From: Podarcis liolepis
Lineage: Eukaryota
Assembly (NCBI GenBank): GCA_965112155.1
Contig: OZ218103.1
DNA length: 64,000 nt
Strand: one strand, 5' to 3'
Shown here piece after piece: positions 60,038 to 64,000 of this stretch. The translations under genes and the position numbers were made by a program. Under the pieces are notes generated by a model. It ran no database searches, was not told where the DNA came from, and saw only the letters and a list, made by a program, of their open reading frames with translations. Each line of letters begins with the position of its first letter. Positions within the stretch are counted from its first letter, which is position 1.

Positions 60038-61675
60038 TCTCCCCTACAACGTCTCAGAAAAACATTCCCCTGTCTTGCTGTTTACAATAGTGAATGATAT
60101 TCACAGAACATTCACTGGCAGGACAAATAGCAATTCAGACTTCCACCTAGTACTGGGATTGAAAGGTCTAGTAAGATTAGGAGCTAATATGGGAAATTCT
60201 GTTCATGATTTATAAAGAACTGCAAAAACTGGCTTGGTTGGAGTTTGGAGAAAGAGACAATGGAGTACCCAATCCCTGTGCATGCTAATGGTATCTGGAC
60301 ATCCACATTAAAACACGTATATTTATATATTTAAAAAAAAACCCCTCCCTTTTCTGTTTGGAGATATTCAACGTGGATGACAATAGAAAAGAACAGCAAA
60401 GGAATAAAATGATTCCATCTCACCCTAAATATTAAAGCTGCACTAAAAATTGCATAACTTGAAACAGATTAACTTGAAGCACAAGTTGAAACAGATTCTG
60501 GTTTCTTATTTGTGGTTGCAATGGGACAAGTGCTGTCTGGAAGCTGAGGGGGAAGGGAAGGTAACAGGTGGGAACATTTCACCAATGAGAGAGCCTTCAG
60601 ACACACTAGGGGTAAGGAGCTGGCTCTGGCCAGAGGACTGGATGCTTCAGTCTCCTAGACCCCACAGCCCAACTATGACATGTGGGTGCAGCCTCTCACC
60701 TGCTAATCATCTGACAATACATGACAACTAAATACACCTTCCCATCAAATGGTTTCCCCCCCAAAGACCCTGGGAACTGTAGTTTTCCCACCACAGAGCT
60801 ACAATTCCCAGCACCAGTGACAAACTACAGTTTCCATGATTCCTTGGGGAAGTGACGTGTTTCAAATGTATGTTGGATGTGCTTTGACTGTATTGTGTTT
60901 CCAGGAGCTAACTACGGAAATGAGAAAACAGAGATGGATATTTTAGGGATGGTAAGGTCTAAGGGAAAGGACAGGAGTAGATTGGGTGGGACAAAAGAGC
61001 GTTCCCATTGCTTTAAAGTTCAATTAGACTTTTTAAGAACTTGCCTTTTCCTTCATCTGAGCCTGTGGGAATAGTGAGTCATTCTCTTCTCCCCCCCCCA
61101 CCCCCCCCACCTCTCTCTCATGCACAGATTTGTGTAACCCTCCCAGAATGCTAATACTACAACTGCAGATATAGAAATCTTGTAATGTTGTACAAAGAAA
61201 TGCTATACACAAAATTTAAAGGACTTGTGGAAATATGACAAAGTTTGGCTCTTGCCACTTTTGCCAAAATCGACAAAACATAAGTTCTGTGTATCTGGGG
61301 CTCCAAAACTCGCTAGATTTCGCATAATTGTTTCCCATAAAGATAACTTGATCTTCAGCTCTGCCTTTATACACTGCAGCTAGTTGGGTCTTAGGAGTTT
61401 GCAGTTTAGTTTTCTGCTAGAAAAGTCCTTACCATCCCTGTGCTTAGAACTGTGAGGGGAGAGACTTCCAGCCGTCCACCAGGCAAGGCCTTTTCCACCT
61501 GCCTTGCCCCCACCCTCCAGTCTCTGCTTCTCAATTTGTATTGTACTGTTTTATGCACTGTGACTTGCCGTTGCTTTTATTGATTATAATTTAGAAATTA
61601 TTTATTGTAATTGTTAAGAGTAGATTTCTGTTTAATTTTGATATGCTAATATTTCATATTGTATACTATTCTAAT

Positions 61676-62031
61676 GGGACACAGGTGGCGCTGTGGGTTA
61701 AACCACAGAGCCTAGGACTTGCTGATTGGAAGGTTGGCAGTTCAAATCCCCGCAACGGGGTGAGCTCCCATTGCTCAGTCCCTGCTCCTGCCAACCTAGC
61801 AGTTCGAAAGCACCTCAAAGTGCAAGTAGATAAATAGGTACCACTCTGGTGGGAAAGTAAACGGCATGTCCGTCCGTAGCTCTAGTTCGCCAGAAGCGGC
61901 TTAGTCATGCTGGCCACATGACCCAGAAGCTGTACACCGGCTCCCTTGGCCAATAAAGTGAGATGAGCACTGCAACCTCAGAGTCGGTCACAACTGGACC
62001 TAATGGTCAGGGGTCCCTTTACCTTTACCTT
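61676..62031 (+). mobile_element. Sauria SINE (POM/Squam1 type), full length
   Basis: GGGACACAGGTGGCGCTGTGGGTTAAACC head; (ACCTTT)n tail; 12-bp TSD TACTATTCTAAT at 61664-61675 and 62032-62043. Confidence 0.94.
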
Positions 62032-64000
62032 TACTATTCTAATGGATTGTTGAATATTACTTTAATTGATACTGGTTGCTTATTTTAAAGTTATGTTTTA
62101 TCACTACATTTTTGTATTGGATTGGATTGTTACAAGGTGTACATTCTTTGTTTCCTCAGCTTTTAAACCACCTTGGGTATAGTAAAATAGAAAGACGGTA
62201 TACAAATTAAATGTGAAATGAAATGCTCTGCTACAGTTTCTGGGTAAAACTCCTGGGCATGCTACACTTTTTTTCTTCTCTAAAAAAAAAACAAAATATA
62301 TATACTTTGTATTGCCTTGTCTTTGTATTGGGAGACAATTGCAAGAAATGGGAAAAGCATCCATGATTTTTTTGGGAGGGAGCAAGCAAGTATTAAGGCT
62401 GAAAACCCTCCAAACTACTTTACAGTCAAATCTTCTGATCAAGACATCTGCCCTGACATTGAGCTCCAGCAGCGATGGATGCCTGACTTGAACAGAGAGA
62501 AATGCGAAGGCTATAAGCCACCAGGGACAGAGACCATCCAGGGCTTCATCTGCTTAAGGTCTCTGTTTACCTTTTTATGAGTACAAGGACAGAGTGAAGA
62601 CACAGCAGAGAAGAGACCACAAAAATTAATGGCGTAGGAGAGAGGGGGGAGGGGAGGGAATTAGTCATCCTCTAACAATGACTAGGAGAATATGGAAGGC
62701 AATGCATCAAAACGCAGCATATCAAAACCCAGAGAAATCAATTAAGGAAAAGAGCCAGAAAAGAAATGTCAGGGATATTCTGTGCCAGTAGGGCAAGGAG
62801 TATCTGCCAGTCAGGAAGGAGTATTATGAAGTAATGAGCCACAATTGCAGTTCTCCAGAAAGGCCTCCTAATGAACTGCTGTCTCTGAAACACTATTTTC
62901 TCCTATAAGCTAAGCCTGTTTAACAGGAATCATTACAGAAGGTGAGTCAGCCGTACAATACAATCCTATGCATGCTTCCTCAGAAGTAAGCCTCACTATG
63001 CTCAATGGGGCTTACTGCCATGTAAGTGTGCTTACATACAACTGTGTCCTTACTTACAGCTTTGAGAGGAGGGTGGGCTGTTTTACACATGGCATGCTAC
63101 ACTCTCTTAGTGCCTACATAGACCAGTTTCAAGGCACTGGTGTTGTCCCTGCTCTAGCCCTATAAAGCTGGGACAAGGAGCTGGGGGAAAGACGAATCAT
63201 AAAGCCACAACAGGACTGTAGTCTCCTTGGATAAGAAACACTGCTTGGACTACACTTAAAAGATGTATATTCTGACTTCCTATTTGCAGTAAGTAAACGT
63301 TCAAGGAGGCTTGCATCAAATCTTTCCTCTTAAAAGCCCATCTAAATTGTTCACAACAAACAATATTCCTGTCTCAGAAATCATAAACCAAAAAAGCACA
63401 GTCTTACAGAAAATGTAGTCCAAGGATTATTCATAACCAGAGTCCTTCAAAATTCTCAGTAAATAGAGCTGTGTTTTGAACAGGGTGCTTCAAGGAAATC
63501 AGCAATGGTGCTTGGTGAATATATTGGAGAGGGGGGTCGAATTGTTCACAGACCTGGAGTGAGTGTGTGAGCAAGGAAGGCGGAGACGGGCAAGGGAAGG
63601 GAAGAACAATGGCTTAGCAAAACCATCTCTCTCACACACACTCCTCTTCTTCCTGACCTTATTCTGTATTCAACACTAATGTCTCATAACAAATGTTACT
63701 GATCTGTAGAAAAGACTGTACAACTTGAAAAAAGAGACAAGGCAGGTACTTTTGTAAACCAAGAAAATATTTAATAAAAAATTATTTTTAAAAAAACACA
63801 GGGATTTTAGGCCTGTCTTTGGTGTCCCTTAAACTGGAATAATCAAAACGTAAAGGAAACCAAGAGTGAACAGCAAAATAGTGTGGTGCAGAAAATTAAT
63901 CCTTAGTTACAATGACAAGGCTATGCTGTTTTTAATGCAAAACAAGGCTACAAAAACAACGCCAGAACCTAGAAGCCAAATGAGAAATAGATTATGAGTC

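Noticed and set aside
1-64000. CRISPR arrays, prokaryotic operons or an endogenous viral element
   Set aside because: Eukaryotic intron-exon DNA; no repeat-spacer array and no viral or transposase-length ORF seen

Overview
Vertebrate genomic DNA, almost certainly a lacertid lizard, judged from Sauria/POM-type SINEs, Squam3-like SINEs, CR1/L2 LINE fragments and hAT/mariner MITEs. It holds two convergent genes, matching the TMEM81-CNTN2 arrangement I recall from mammals. (1) TMEM81, a sperm Ig-domain fertilisation factor, has one coding exon on + (256-1050, 264 aa). (2) CNTN2 (contactin-2/TAG-1/axonin-1) is on -; all 22 coding exons were traced by hand (44143 down to 9880), with GT-AG introns and consistent phases, giving 3111 nt and 1036 aa: signal peptide, 6 Ig, 4 FN3 and a GPI signal. 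The rest is intron, UTR or upstream sequence rich in transposon relics, plus one 152-nt assembly gap. I see no convincing evidence for a wholly new biological system. The best leads are: loss of the His/Phe pair in the CNTN2 Ig2 FG loop (QIDS instead of H-x-D-F) implicated in homophilic adhesion; a possible GPI-less C-terminus from last-intron read-through; a competing 'poison' acceptor before exon 8; a tRNA-Asn/CR1 chimeric SINE; and several nested transposon insertions. Orthologue comparisons are from memory and need checking by alignment.
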